Of a stretch of DNA of 64,000 bases, positions 1 through 16,700 are shown piece by piece; within the stretch, counting starts at the first letter, position 1; each line of letters starts with the position of its first letter. This DNA is from Eledone cirrhosa (Eukaryota): assembly GCA_964016885.1 (NCBI GenBank), contig OZ024743.1, forward strand, positions 133,176,001 through 133,240,000, written 5' to 3'. The notes beneath the pieces were generated by a model. It worked only from the letters and a program-made list of their open reading frames with translations, searched no databases and had not been told where the DNA came from. Both the position numbers and the translations under genes were made by a program.

Positions 1-3000
1 AACATAAAACAACAAGTACCAAGCACCAAACACCAAACACCAAACACCAAACACCAAGCACAAAGCACCAAACACCAAACACCAAGCACCAAGCACCAGA
101 CACCAAGCACCAAGCACCAAGCACCAAGCACCAAAAACCAAGCACCAAGCTCCAAGGACCAAACACCAAGCACCAAACACCAAACACAAAGCACCAAGCA
201 CCAAACACCAAACACCAAGCACCAAGCACCAAACACCATACACCAAGCACCAATCACCAAACACCAAGCACCAAGCGCCAAGCACCAAACACCAAACACC
301 TAGCACCAAGCACCAAGCACCGAACACCAAGCACCAAATACCAAGCACCAAGCACCAAGCACCAAGCACCAAACACCAATCACCAAGCCCCAAGCACCAA
401 ACACCAAGCACCAAGACCCAAACACCAAACACCAAGCACCATGCACCCAGAACCAAGCACCAAGCACCAAACACCAAACACCAAGCACCAAGCACCAAAC
501 ACCAAACACCAAGCACCAAGCACCAAACACTATACACCAAGCACCAAGCACCAAACACCAAAAACCAATCACCAAGCACCAAAGAGCAAACACCAAGCCC
601 CAAGCACCAAACACCAAACACCAAACACCAAAAAGCAAACACTAAACACAAAACACCAAACAGCAAACACCAAACACCAAATAGCAAACAGCAAACACCA
701 AACACCAAACAGCAAACACCAAACAGCAAACGCCAAACAGCAAACACAAACACCAAACACCAAACACCAAGCACCAAGCACCAAGCACAAAACACCAAGC
801 ACCAAGCGCCAAACACCAAACACCAAACACCAAACAGCAAACACCAATCACCAAACACCAGACACAAAAACACCAAACAGCAAACACCAAACACCAAACA
901 GCAAACACCAAACACCAAACACCAAACAGCAAACACCAAACAGCAAACACCAAACAGCAAACACCAAACAGCAAACACCAAACAGCAAACAGCAAACACC
1001 AAACTCCAAACACAAAGCACCAAGCACCAAACACCAAGCACCAAGCAACAAGCACCAATCACCAAGCACCAAGCACTAAACACCAAACACCTAGCACCAA
1101 GCAACAAGCACCAAACACCAAGCACCAAGCACCAAGCACCAAACACCAAGCACCAAAGACCAAGCCCCAAATACCAAGCACCAAGCACCAAACACTAATC
1201 ACCAGGGACCAAGCACCAAACACCAAGAACCAAGCACCAAGCACTAAACACCAAACACCAAGCACCAAACACCAAACACCAAGCACCAAGTACCAAACTC
1301 CAAACACCAAACACCAAGCACCAAGCACCAAATCCCAAGCACCAAACACCAAGCACCAATCACCAAACACCAAACACCAAGCGCCAAGCACCAAACACCA
1401 AGCACCAAGCACGAAACACCAAGCACCAAGCACCGAGCACCAAACACCAAGTACCAAGCACCAATCACCAAACACCAACCACCAAGCACCAAACACCAAA
1501 CAGCAAGCACCAAGCACCAAGCACCAAACATAAAACAACAAGTACCAAGCACCAAACACCAAACACCAAACACCAAACACCAAGCACAAAGCACCAAACA
1601 CCAAACACCAAGCACCAAGCACCAGACACCAAGCACCAAGCACCAAGCACCAAGCCCCAAATACCAAGCACCAAGCTCCAAGGACCAAACACCAAGCACC
1701 AAACACCAAACACAAAGCACCAAGCACCAAACACCAAACACCAAGCACCAAGCACCAAACACCAAACACCAAGCACCAATCACCAAACACCAAGCACCAA
1801 GCGCCAAACACCAAACACCAAACACCTACCACCAAGCACCAAGCACCGAACACCAAGCACCAAACACCAAGCACCAAGCACCAAACACCAAGCACCAAGA
1901 CCCAAACACCAAACACCAAGCACCATGCACCCAGAACCAAGCACCAAGCACCAAACACCAAACACCAAGCACCAAGCACCAAACACCAAACACCAAGCAC
2001 CAAGCACCAAGCACCAAGCACCAAATACCATACACCAAGCACCAAGCACCAAACACCAAAAACCAATCACCAAGCACCAAAGGGCAAACACCAAGCCCCA
2101 AGCACCAAACACCAAACACCAAACACCAAAAAGCAAACACTAAACACAAAACACCAAACAGCAAACACCAAACACCAAATAGCAAACACCAAACACCAAC
2201 CAGGAAACACCAAACAGCAAACACCAAACAGCAAACGCCAAACAGCAAACACAAACACCAAACAACAAACACCAAGCACCAAGCACCCAGCACAAAACAC
2301 CAAGCACCAAGCGCCAAGCACCAAACACCAAACACCAAACACCAAACAGCAAACACCAATCACCAAACACCAGACACCAAACACCAAACAGCAAACACCA
2401 AACACCAAACAGCAAACACCAAACACCAAACACCAAACAGCAAACACGAAACAGCAAACACCAAACAGCAAACACCAAACAGCAAACACCAAACAGCAAA
2501 CAGCAAACACCAAACTCCAAACACCAAGCACCAAGCACCAAACACCAAGCACCAAGCAACAAGCACCAATCACCAAGCACCAAGCACTAAACACCAAACA
2601 CCTAGCACCAAGCACCAAGCACCAAACACCAAGCACCAAGCACCAAGCACCAAACACCAAGCACCAAAGACCAAGCCCCAAATACCAAGCACCAAGCACC
2701 AATCACTAATCACCAGGGACCAAGCACCAAACACCAAGAACCAAGCACCAAACACTAAACACCAAACACCAAGCACCAAGCACCAAACACCAAACACCAA
2801 GCACCAAGTACCAAACTCCAAACACCAAACACCAAGCACCAAGCACCAAATCCCTAGCACCAAACACCAAGCACCAATCACCAAACACCAAACACCAAGC
2901 GCCAAGCACCAAACACCAAGCACCAAGCACGAAACACCAAGCACCAAGCACTGAGCACCAAACACCAAGTACCAAGCACCAATCACCAAACACCAAGCAC

Positions 3001-4600
3001 CAAGCACCAAACACCAAACAGCAAGCACCAAGCACCAAGCACCAAACATAAAACAACAAGTACCAAGCACCAAACACCAAACACCAAACACCAAACACCA
3101 AGCACAAAGCACCAAACACCAAACACCAAGCACCAAGCACCAGACACCAAGCACCAAGCACCAAGCACCAAGCACCAAAAACCAAGCAACAAGCTCCAAG
3201 GACCAAACACCAAGCACAAAACACCAAACACAAAGCACCAAGCACCAAACACCAAACACCAAGCACCAAGCACCAAACACCAAACACCAAGCACCAATCA
3301 CCAAACACCAAGCACCAAGCGCCAAACACCAAACACCAAACACCTAGCACCAAGCACCAAGCACCGAACACCAAGCACCAAACACCAAGCACCAAGCACC
3401 AAGCACCAAGCACCAAGCACCAAACACCAATCACCAAGCCCCAAGCACCAAACACCAAGCACCAAGACCCAAACACCAGAAACCAAGCACCATGCACCCA
3501 GAACCAAGCACCAAGCACCAAACACCAAACACCAAGCACCAAGCACCAAACACCAAACACCAAGCACCAAGCACCAAGCACCAAGCACCAAACACCATAC
3601 ACCAAGCACCAAGCACCAAACACCAAAAACCAATCACCAAGCACCAAAGAGCAAACACCAAGCCCCAAGCACCAAACACCAAACACCAAACACCAAACAA
3701 CAAACACTAAACAACAAACACCAAACAGCAAACACCAAACACCAAATAGCAAACACCAAACACCAACCAGGAAACACCAAACAGCAAACACCAAACAGCA
3801 ATCGCCAAACAGCAAACACAAACACCAAACACCAAACAGCAAGCACCAAGCACCAAGCACAAAACACCAAGCACCAGGCGCCAGGTACCAAACACCAAAC
3901 ACCAAACACCAAACAGCAAACACCAATCACCAAACACCAGACACCAAACACCAAACAGCAAACACCAAACACCAAACAGCAAACACCAAACACCAAACAC
4001 CAAACAGCAAACACCAAACAGCAAACACCAAACACCAAGCACCAAACACCAAGCACCAAGCAACAAACACCAATCACCAAGCACCAAGCACTAAAAACCA
4101 AACACCCAGCACCAAGCACCAAGCACCAAAGACCAAGCACCAAGCACCAAGCACCAAACACCAAGCACCAAAGACCAAGCCCCAAATACCAAGCACCAAG
4201 CACCAAACACCAATCACCAGGCACCAAGCACCAAACACCAAGAACCAAGCACCAAGCACTAAACACCAAATACCAAGCACCAAGCACAAAACTCCAAACA
4301 CCAAGCACCAAGTACCAAATTCCAAACACCAAACACCAAGCACCAAGCACCAAATCCCAAGCACCAAACACCAAGCACCAATCACCAAACACCAAACACC
4401 AAGCACCAAGCACCAAACACCAAAAACCAAGCACCAAGCACCAAGCACCAAACACCAAACGCCAAACACCGAACACCAAGTACCAAGCGCCAAACACCAA
4501 GCACCAAGCGCCAAAGACCAAACACCAGGCACCAAGCACGAAACACCAAGCACCAAGCACCAAACACCAAGAACCAAGCACCAAACACCAGACAGCAAGC
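1..4600 (+). repeat. Diverged higher-order repeat of ~1.5 kb, about 3 copies
   Basis: Marker CATAAAACAACAAGTACC occurs at 3, 1529 and 3047. Marker CATGCACCCAGAACC occurs at 440, 1924 and 3491. Spacings are 1484-1567 bp. Confidence 0.85.
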
Positions 4601-7600
4601 ACCAAGCACCAAACACCATGCACCCAGAACCAAGCACCAAGCACCAAACACCAAACACCAAGCACCAAGCACCAAACACCAAACACCAAGCACCAAGCAC
4701 CAAGCACCAAGCACCAAACACCATACACCAAGCACCAAGCACCAAGCACCAAAAACCAATCACCAAGCACCAAAGAGCAAACACCAAGCCCCAAGCACCA
4801 AACACCAAACACCAAACACCAAACAACAAACACTAAACACCAAACAACAAACAGCAAACACCAAACACCAAATAGCAAACACCAAACACCAACCAGGAAA
4901 CACCAAGCACCAAACACCAAGAACCAAGCACCAAGCACTAAACACCAAACACCAAGCACCAAGCACCAAGCACAAAACACCAAGCACCAAGCGCCAAGCA
5001 CCAAACACCAAACACCAAACACCAAACAGCAAACACCAATCACCAAATACCAGACACCAAACACCAAACAGCAAACACCAAACACCAAACAGCAAACACC
5101 AAACACCAAACACCAAACAGCAAACACGAAACAGCAAACACCAAACAGCAGACACCAAACAGCAAACACCAAACAGCAAACACCAAACACCAAACACCAA
5201 ACACCAAGCACCAACCACCAAACACCAAGCACCAAGCAACAAACACCAATCACCAAGCACCGAGCACTAAAAACCAAACATCTAGCACCAAGCACCAAGC
5301 ACCAAACACCAAGCACCAAGCACCAAGCACCAAACACCAAGCACCAAAGACCAAGCCCCAAATACCAAGCACCAAGCACCAAACACCAATCACCAGGAAC
5401 CAAGCACCAAACACCAAGAACCAAGCACCAAGCACTAAACACCAAATACCAAGCACCAAGCACCAAACACCAAACACCAAGCACCAAGTACCAAACTCCA
5501 AACACCAAACACCAAGCACCAAGCACCAAATCCCAAGCACCAAACACCAAGCACCAATCACCAAACACCAAACACCAAGCACCAAGCACCAAACACCAAA
5601 AACCAAGCACCAAGCACCAAGCACCAAACACCTAACGCCAAACACCGAAAACCAAGTACCAAGCACCAAACACCAAGCACCAAGCGTCAAAGACCAAACA
5701 CCTAGCACCAAGCACGAAACACCAAGCACCAAGCACCGAGCACCAAACACCAAGTACCAGGCACCAATCACCAAACACCAAGAACCAAGCACCAAACACC
5801 AGACAGCAAGCACCAAGCACCAAACACCAAACTCCAAGCACCAAGCACCAAACACCAAGCACCAAGCGCCAAAGACCAAACACCAGGCACCAAGCACGAA
5901 ACACCAAGCACCAAGCACCAAACACCAAGAACCAAGCACCAAACACCAGACAGCAAGCACCAAGCACCAAACACCAAACACCAAGCACCAAGCACCAAAC
6001 ACCAAGCACCAAGCGCCAAACACCAAACACCAAGCACCAAGCACCAAACACCAAGCACCAACCACCAAGCACCAAACACCAAGCACCAAGCACCAAACAC
6101 CAAGCACCAATCACCAAACAGCAAGCACCAAGCACCAAACACCAAACACCAAGCACCAAGCACCAAACACCAAACACCAAGCACCAAACACCAAGCACCA
6201 AGCACCAAACACCAAAAACCAATCACCAAGCACCAAAGAGCAAACACCAAGCCCCAAGCACCAAACACCAAACACCAAACACCAAATAGCAAACACTAAA
6301 CACCAAACACCAAACAGCAAACACAAAACACCAAATAGCAAATACCAAACAGCAAACACCAAACACCAAACAGCAAACACCAAACACCAACCAGGAAACA
6401 CCAAAGACCAAGCACCAAACACCAAGCACCAAGCCCCAAGCACCAAACACCAAGCACCAAGCACCAAACACCAAGCACCAAGCACCAAGCACCATGCACC
6501 AAACACCAAGCACCAAGCACCAAACAGCAAACACCAAACAGCAAACACCAAACACCAAACACCAACCAGCAAACACCAAACACCAAACACCAAACAGCAA
6601 ACACCAAACAGCAAACACCAAACAGCAAACACCAAACACCAAACACGAAACACCAAACGCCAAAAAGCAAACGCCAAACCCCAAACGCCAAACAGCAAAT
6701 GCCAAACCCCAAACGCCAAACAGCAAACGCCAAGCGCCAAACACCAAAGACCAAGCGCCAAGCAACAAACGCCAAACACCAAGCACCAAGCACCAAACAC
6801 CAAACACCAAGCACCAAGTACCAAACACCAAACACCAAGCACCAAACACCAAACAGCAAACGCCAAAAAGCAAACGCTAAACCCCAAACGCCAAACAGCA
6901 AACGCCAAGGACCAAACACCAAACACCAAGCGCCAAGCACCAAATACCAAACACCAAGCACCAAGCACCAAACACCAAACACCAAGGACCAATCACCAAA
7001 CACCAAGCACCAAGCGCCAAACACCAAACACCATACACCTAGCACCAAGCACCAAGCACCAAACACCAAGCACCAAGCCCCAAGCACCAAATAGCAAGCA
7101 CCCAGCACCATACACCAAACACCAAGCACCAAGCACCCAGAACAAAGCACCAACCACCAAACACCAAACACCAAGCTCCAAGCACCAAACACCAAACACC
7201 AAGCACCAAGCACCAAGCACCAAGCACCAAACACCAAACACCAAGCACCAAGCACCAAACACCAAGCACCAAGCGCCAAACACCAAACACCAAACACCTA
7301 GCACCAAGCACCAAGCTCCGAACACCAAGCACCAAACACCAAGCACCAAGCACCAAGCACCAAGCACCAAGCACCAAACACCAATCACCAAGCCCCAAGC
7401 ACCAAACACCAAGCACCAAGCACCAAACACCAAACACCAAGCACCAAGCACCCAGAACCAAGCACCAAGCACCAAACACCAAACACCAAGCACCAAGCAC
7501 CAAACACCAAACACCAAGCACCAAGCACCAAGCACCAAGCACCAAACACCATACACCAAGCACCAAGCACCAAACACCAAAAACCAATCACCAAGCACCA

Positions 7601-10600
7601 AAGAGCAAACACCAAGCCCCAAGCACCAAACACCAAACACCAAACAGCAAACACTAAACACCAAACACCAAACAGCAAACACCAAACAGCAAATAGCAAA
7701 CACCAAACACCAACCAGGAAACACCAAACAGCAAACACCAAACAGCAAACGCCAAACAGCAAACACAAACACCAAACACCAAGCACCAAGCACCAAGCAC
7801 AAAACACCAAGCACCAAGCGCCAAGCACCAAACACCAAACACCAAACACCAAACACCAAACACCAATCACCAGACACCAGACACCAAACACCAAACAGCA
7901 AACACCAAACACCAAACAGCAAACACCAAACACCAAACACCATGCACCCAGAACCAAGCACCAAGCACCAAACAACAAACACCAAGCACCAAGCACCAAA
8001 CACCAAACACCAAGCACCAAGCACCAAGCACCAAGCACCAAACACCATACACCAAGCACCAAGCACCAAACACCAAAAACCAATCACCAAGCACCAAAGA
8101 GCAAACACCAAGCCCCAAGCACCAAACACCAAACACCAAACACCAAACAACAAACACTAAACACCAAACACCAAACAGCAAACACCAAACACCAAATAGC
8201 AAACACCAAACACCAACCAGGAAACACCAAACAGCAAACACCAAACAGCAAATGCCAAACAGCAAACACAAACACCAAACACCAAACACCAAGCACCAAG
8301 CACCAAGCACAAAACACCAAGCACCAAGCGCCAAGCACCAAACACCAAACACCAAACACCAAACAGCAAACACCAATCACCAAATACCAGACACCAAACA
8401 CCAAACAGCAAACACCAAACACCAAACAGCAAACACCAAACACCAAACACCAAACAGCAAACACGAAACAGCAAACACCAAACAGCAGACACCAAACAGC
8501 AAACACCAAACAGCAAACACCAAACACCAAACACCAAACACCAAGCACCAACCACCAAACACCAAGCACCAAGCAACAAACACCAATCACCAAGCACCGA
8601 GCACTAAAAACCAAACATCTAGCACCAAGCACCAAGCACCAAACACCAAGCACCAAGCACCAAGCACCAAACACCAAGCACCAAAGACCAAGCCCCAATT
8701 ACCAAGCACCAAGCACCAAACACCAATCACCAGGCACCAAGCACCAAACACCAAGAACCAAGCACCAAGCACTAAACACCAAATACCAAGCACCAAGCAC
8801 CAAACACCAAACACCAAGCACCAAGTACCAAACTCCAAACACCAAAAACCAAGCACCAAGCACCAAATCCCAAGCACCAAACACCAAGCACCAATCACCA
8901 AACACCAAACACCAAGCACCAAGCACCAAACACCAAAAACCAAGCACCAAGCACCAAGCACCAAACACCAAGCGTCAAAGACCAAACACCTAGCACCAAG
9001 CACGAAACACCAAGCACCAAGCACCGAGCACCAAACACCAAGTACCAGGCACCAATCACCAAACACCAAGAACCAAGCACCAAACACCAGACAGCAAGCA
9101 CCAAGCACCAAACACCAAACTCCAAGCACCAAGCACCAAACACCAAGCACCAAGCGCCAAACACCAAACACCAAGCACCAAGCACCAAACACCAAGCACC
9201 AACCACCAAGCACCAAACACCAAGCACCAAGCACCAAACACCAAGCACCAATCACCAAACAGCAAACACCAAGCACCAAACACCAAACACCAAGCACCAA
9301 ACACCAAACACCAAGCACCAAGCACCAAACACCAAGCACCAAGCACCAAACACCAAAAACCAATCACCAAGCACCAAAGAGCAAACACCAAGCCCCAAGC
9401 CCCAAACACAAAACACCAAATACCAAATAGCAAACACTTAACACCAAACACCAAACAGCAAACACAAAACAACAAATAGCAAATACCAAACAGCGAACAC
9501 CAAACACCAAACAGCAAACACCAAACACCAACCAGGAAACACCAAATACCAAGCACCAAACACCAAGCACCAAGCCCCAAGCACCAAACACCAAGCACCA
9601 AGCACCAAACACCAAGCACCAAGCACCAAGCACCATGCACCAAACACCAAGCACCAAGCACCAAACAGCAAACACCAAACAGCAAACACCAAACACCAAA
9701 CACCAACCAGCAAACACCAAACACCAAACACCAAACAGCAAACACCAAACAGCAAACACCAAACAGCAAACACCAAACACCAAACACCAAACACCAAACA
9801 CCAAACGCCAAAAAGTAAACGCCAAACCCCAAACGCCAAACAGCAAATGCCAAACCCCAAGCGCCAAACACCAAAGACCAAGCGCCAAGCAACAAACACC
9901 AAACACCAAGCACCAAGCACCAAACACCAAACACCAAGCACCAAGTACCAAACACCAAACACCAAGCACCAAACACCAAACAACAAACGCCAAAAAGCAA
10001 ACGCCAAACCCCAAACGTCAAACAGCAAACGCCAAGGACCAAACACCAAACACCAAGCGCCAAGCACCAAATACCAAACACCAAGCACCAAGCACCAAAC
10101 ACCAAACACCAAGGACCAATCACCTAACACCAAGCACCAAGCGCCAAACACCAAAAACCAAACACCTAGCACCAAGCACCAAGCACCAAACACCAAGCAC
10201 CAAGCCCCAAGCACCAAACAGCAAGCACCCAGCACCATACACCAAACACCAAGCACCAAGCACCCAGAACAAAGCACCAAGCACCAAACACCAAACACCA
10301 AGCTCCAAGCACCAAACACCAAACACCAAGCACCAAGCACCAAGCACCAAGCACCAAACACCAAACACCAAGCACCAAGCACCAAACACGAAGCACCAAG
10401 CGCCAAACACCAAACACCAAACACCTAGCACCAAGCACCAAGCACCGAACACCAAGCACCAAACACCAAGCACCAAGCACCAAGCACCAAGCACCAAGCA
10501 CCAAACACCAATCACCAAGCCCCAAGCACCAAACACCAAGCACCAAGCACCAAACACCAAACACCAAGCACCAAGCACCCAGAACCAAGCACCAAGCACC

Positions 10601-10700
10601 AAACACCAAACACCAAGCACCAAGCACCAAACACCAAACACCAAGCACCAAGCACCAAGCACCAAGCACTAAACACCATACACCAAGCACCAAGCACCAA
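4600..10700 (+). repeat. Diverged ~3.1-3.3 kb duplication (about 4.6-7.6 kb versus about 7.9-10.7 kb)
   Basis: Identical ORF translations at 5040..5249 and 8377..8586 (offset 3337). Near-identical ORF starts at 4618/7942 and 6494/9635 (offset 3141). The offset changes along the copy, which implies whole-unit indels. Confidence 0.75.
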
Positions 10701-13700
10701 TCACTAAACACTAAACACCAAGCACCAAGCACCAAACACAAACACCAAGCACCAAGTACCAAACTCCAAACACCAAACACCAAGCACCAAGCACCAAATC
10801 CCAAGCACCAAACACCATTCACCATAAAACAAACACCAAACACCAAGCATGAAGCACCAAGCACCAAATACCAATCACCAAGCACCAAAGAGCAAACACC
10901 AAGCCCCAAGCACCAAACACCAAACACCAAACACCAAACAGCAAACACTAAACACCAAACACCAAAGAGCAAACACCAAACACCAAATAGCAAACACCAA
11001 ACACCAACAAGGAAACACCAAACAGCAAACACCAAACAGCAAACGCCAAACAGCAAACACAAACACCAAACACCAAACACCAAACACCAAACACCAAGCA
11101 CCAAGCACAAAACACCAAGCACCAAGCGCCAAGCACCAAACACCAAACACCAAACACCAAACACCAAACACCAATCACCAAACACCAGACACCAAACACC
11201 AAACAGCAAACACCAAACACCAAACAGCAAACACCAAACACCAAACACCAAACAGCAAACACCAAACAGCAAACACCAAAGAGCAAACAGCAAACACCAA
11301 ACACCAAACACCAAGCACCAAGCAGCAAACACCAACACCAAGCAACAAGCACCAATCACCAAGCACCAAGCACTAAACACCAAACACCTAGCACCAAGCA
11401 CCAAGCACCAAACACCAAGCACCAAGCACCAAGCACCAAACACCAAGCACCAAAGACCAAGCCCCAAATACCAAGCACCAAGCACCAAACACCAATCACC
11501 AGGCACCAAGCACCAAACACCAAGAACCAAGCACCAAGCACTAAACACCAAACACCAAGCACCAAGCACCAAACACCAAGAACCAAGCACCAAGCGCAAA
11601 CACCGAACACCAAGCACCAAGCACCAAACACCAAGCACCAACCACCAAGCACCAAACACCAAGCACCAAGCACCAATCACCAAACACCAAGCACCAAGCA
11701 CCAAACACCAAACATCAAGCACCAAGCACCAAACACCAAACTACAAGCACCAAGCACCAAACACCAAATACCAAGCACCAACCACCAACCACCAAGCACC
11801 AAACACCAAGAACCAAGCACCAAGCACCAAACACCAAGCACCAAATACCAAGCACCAGACGCGAAGCACCAAGCACCAAGCACCAAAAACCAAGCACCAA
11901 GCTCCAAGCACCAAACACCAACCACCAAACAACAAACACCAAGCACCAAGCACCAAACACCAAGCACCAAGCGCCAAAAACCAAACAATAAGCACCAAGC
12001 ACCAAATACCAAGCACCAAGCACCAAGCACCAAGCACCAAACACCAAACACCAAACACCAAACAGCAAACAGCAAACAGCAAACACCAAACACCAAACAG
12101 CAAACGCCAAACATCAAACGCCAAACACCAAACGCCAAACAGCAAACGCCAAACACCAAACGCCAAACAGCAAGCGCCAAGCACGAAACGCCAAACACCA
12201 AGCACCAAGCACCAAACACCAAACACCTAGCACCAAGCACCAAACACCAAACACCAAGCACCAAGCACTAAACGCCAAACACCAAGCGCCAAGCACCAAG
12301 CACCAAACACCAAGCACCAAGCACCGAGCACCAGACACCAAACACCGAGCACCAAGCACCAAGCACCAAACACCAAGCCCCAAGCACCAAACACCAACCA
12401 GCAAACACCAAACACCAAACACTAAAAAGCAAACACCAAACAGCAAACACCAAACAGAAACACCAAACACCAAACACCAAACAGCAAACGCCAAGCACCA
12501 AACGCCAAAAAGCAAATGCCAAAACCCAAACGCCAAACAGCAAACGCCATACCCCAAACGCCAAACACCAAACACCGAACACCAAGCACCAAGCACCAAA
12601 CACCAAACACCAAGCACCAATCACCAAGCACCAAACACCAATCACCAAGCCCCAAGCACCAAACACCAAGCGTCAAGCACCAAACACCAAACACCAAGCA
12701 CCAAGCACCCAGAACCAAGCACCAAGCACGAAACACCAAACACCAAGCAACAAGCACCAAACACCAAATACCAAGCACCAAGCACCAAGCACCAAGCACC
12801 AAACAGCATACAGCAAGCACCGAGCACCAAACACCAAAAACCAATCACCAAGCACCAAAGAGCAAACACCTAACCCCAAGCACCAAACACCAAACACCAA
12901 ACACCAAGCACTAAACAGCAAACACCAACCAGCAAACACCAAACAGCAAACACCAAACAACAAACGCCAAACAGCAAACACAAACACCAAACACCAGGCA
13001 CCAAGCACCAAGAACCAAGCAGCAAACACCAAACACCAAGCACCAAGCACCAAACACCAAACACCAAGCACCAAGCACCAAACACCAAATACCAAGCACC
13101 AAGCACTAAACACCAAACACCAAACACCAAGCACCAAGCACCAAACACCAAAAACCAATCACCAAGCACCAAAGAGCAAACACCAAGCCCCAAGCCCCAA
13201 ACACAAAACACCAAATACCAAATAGCAAACACTTAACACCAAACACCAAACAGCAAACACAAAACAACAAATAGCAAATACCAAACAGCGAACACCAAAC
13301 ACCAAACAGCAAACACCAAACACCAACCAGGAAACACCAAATACCAAGCACCAAACACCAAGCACCAAGCCCCAAGCACCAAACACCAAGCACCAAGCAC
13401 CAAACACCAAGCACCAAGCACCAAGCACCATGCACCAAACACCAAGCACCAAGCACCAAACAGCAAACACCAAACAGCAAACACCAAACACCAAACACCA
13501 ACCAGCAAACACCAAACACCAAACACCAAACAGCAAACACCAAACAGCAAACACCAAACAGCAAACACCAAACACCAAACACCAAACACCAAACACCAAA
13601 CGCCAAAAAGTAAACGCCAAACCCCAAACGCCAAACAGCAAATGCCAAACCCCAAGCGCCAAACACCAAAGACCAAGCGCCAAGCAACAAACACCAAACA

Positions 13701-16700
13701 CCAAGCACCAAGCACCAAACACCAAACACCAAGCACCAAGTACCAAACACCAAACACCAAGCACCAAACACCAAACAACAAACGCCAAAAAGCAAACGCC
13801 AAACCCCAAACGTCAAACAGCAAACGCCAAGGACCAAACACCAAACACCAAGCGCCAAGCACCAAATACCAAACACCAAGCACCAAGCACCAAACACCAA
13901 ACACCAAGGACCAATCACCTAACACCAAGCACCAAGCGCCAAACACCAAAAACCAAACACCTAGCACCAAGCACCAAGCACCAAACACCAAGCACCAAGC
14001 CCCAAGCACCAAACAGCAAGCACCCAGCACCATACACCAAACACCAAGCACCAAGCACCCAGAACAAAGCACCAAGCACCAAACACCAAACACCAAGCTC
14101 CAAGCACCAAACACCAAACACCAAGCACCAAGCACCAAGCACCAAGCACCAAACACCAAACACCAAGCACCAAGCACCAAACACGAAGCACCAAGCGCCA
14201 AACACCAAACACCAAACACCTAGCACCAAGCACCAAGCACCGAACACCAAGCACCAAACACCAAGCACCAAGCACCAAGCACCAAGCACCAAGCACCAAA
14301 CACCAATCACCAAGCCCCAAGCACCAAACACCAAGCACCAAGCACCAAACACCAAACACCAAGCACCAAGCACCCAGAACCAAGCACCAAGCACCAAACA
14401 CCAAACACCAAGCACCAAGCACCAAACACCAAACACCAAGCACCAAGCACCAAGCACCAAGCACTAAACACCATACACCAAGCACCAAGCACCAATCACT
14501 AAACACTAAACACCAAGCACCAAGCACCAAACACAAACACCAAGCACCAAGTACCAAACTCCAAACACCAAACACCAAGCACCAAGCACCAAATCCCAAG
14601 CACCAAACACCATTCACCATAAAACAAACACCAAACACCAAGCATGAAGCACCAAGCACCAAATACCAATCACCAAGCACCAAAGAGCAAACACCAAGCC
14701 CCAAGCACCAAACACCAAACACCAAACACCAAACAGCAAACACTAAACACCAAACACCAAAGAGCAAACACCAAACACCAAATAGCAAACACCAAACACC
14801 AACAAGGAAACACCAAACAGCAAACACCAAACAGCAAACGCCAAACAGCAAACACAAACACCAAACACCAAACACCAAACACCAAACACCAAGCACCAAG
14901 CACAAAACACCAAGCACCAAGCGCCAAGCACCAAACACCAAACACCAAACACCAAACACCAAACACCAATCACCAAACACCAGACACCAAACACCAAACA
15001 GCAAACACCAAACACCAAACAGCAAACACCAAACACCAAACACCAAACAGCAAACACCAAACAGCAAACACCAAAGAGCAAACAGCAAACACCAAACACC
15101 AAACACCAAGCACCAAGCAGCAAACACCAACACCAAGCAACAAGCACCAATCACCAAGCACCAAGCACTAAACACCAAACACCTAGCACCAAGCACCAAG
15201 CACCAAACACCAAGCACCAAGCACCAAGCACCAAACACCAAGCACCAAAGACCAAGCCCCAAATACCAAGCACCAAGCACCAAACACCAATCACCAGGCA
15301 CCAAGCACCAAACACCAAGAACCAAGCACCAAGCACTAAACACCAAACACCAAGCACCAAGCACCAAACACCAAGAACCAAGCACCAAGCGCAAACACCG
15401 AACACCAAGCACCAAGCACCAAACACCAAGCACCAACCACCAAGCACCAAACACCAAGCACCAAGCACCAATCACCAAACACCAAGCACCAAGCACCAAA
15501 CACCAAACATCAAGCACCAAGCACCAAACACCAAACTACAAGCACCAAGCACCAAACACCAAATACCAAGCACCAACCACCAACCACCAAGCACCAAACA
15601 CCAAGAACCAAGCACCAAGCACCAAACACCAAGCACCAAATACCAAGCACCAGACGCGAAGCACCAAGCACCAAGCACCAAAAACCAAGCACCAAGCTCC
15701 AAGCACCAAACACCAACCACCAAACAACAAACACCAAGCACCAAGCACCAAACACCAAGCACCAAGCGCCAAAAACCAAACAATAAGCACCAAGCACCAA
15801 ATACCAAGCACCAAGCACCAAGCACCAAGCACCAAACACCAAACACCAAACACCAAACAGCAAACAGCAAACAGCAAACACCAAACACCAAACAGCAAAC
15901 GCCAAACATCAAACGCCAAACACCAAACGCCAAACAGCAAACGCCAAACACCAAACGCCAAACAGCAAGCGCCAAGCACGAAACGCCAAACACCAAGCAC
16001 CAAGCACCAAACACCAAACACCTAGCACCAAGCACCAAACACCAAACACCAAGCACCAAGCACTAAACGCCAAACACCAAGCGCCAAGCACCAAGCACCA
16101 AACACCAAGCACCAAGCACCGAGCACCAGACACCAAACACCGAGCACCAAGCACCAAGCACCAAACACCAAGCCCCAAGCACCAAACACCAACCAGCAAA
16201 CACCAAACACCAAACACTAAAAAGCAAACACCAAACAGCAAACACCAAACAGAAACACCAAACACCAAACACCAAACAGCAAACGCCAAGCACCAAACGC
16301 CAAAAAGCAAATGCCAAAACCCAAACGCCAAACAGCAAACGCCATACCCCAAACGCCAAACACCAAACACCGAACACCAAGCACCAAGCACCAAACACCA
16401 AACACCAAGCACCAATCACCAAGCACCAAACACCAATCACCAAGCCCCAAGCACCAAACACCAAGCGTCAAGCACCAAACACCAAACACCAAGCACCAAG
16501 CACCCAGAACCAAGCACCAAGCACGAAACACCAAACACCAAGCAACAAGCACCAAACACCAAATACCAAGCACCAAGCACCAAGCACCAAGCACCAAACA
16601 GCATACAGCAAGCACCGAGCACCAAACACCAAAAACCAATCACCAAGCACCAAAGAGCAAACACCTAACCCCAAGCACCAAACACCAAACACCAAACACC

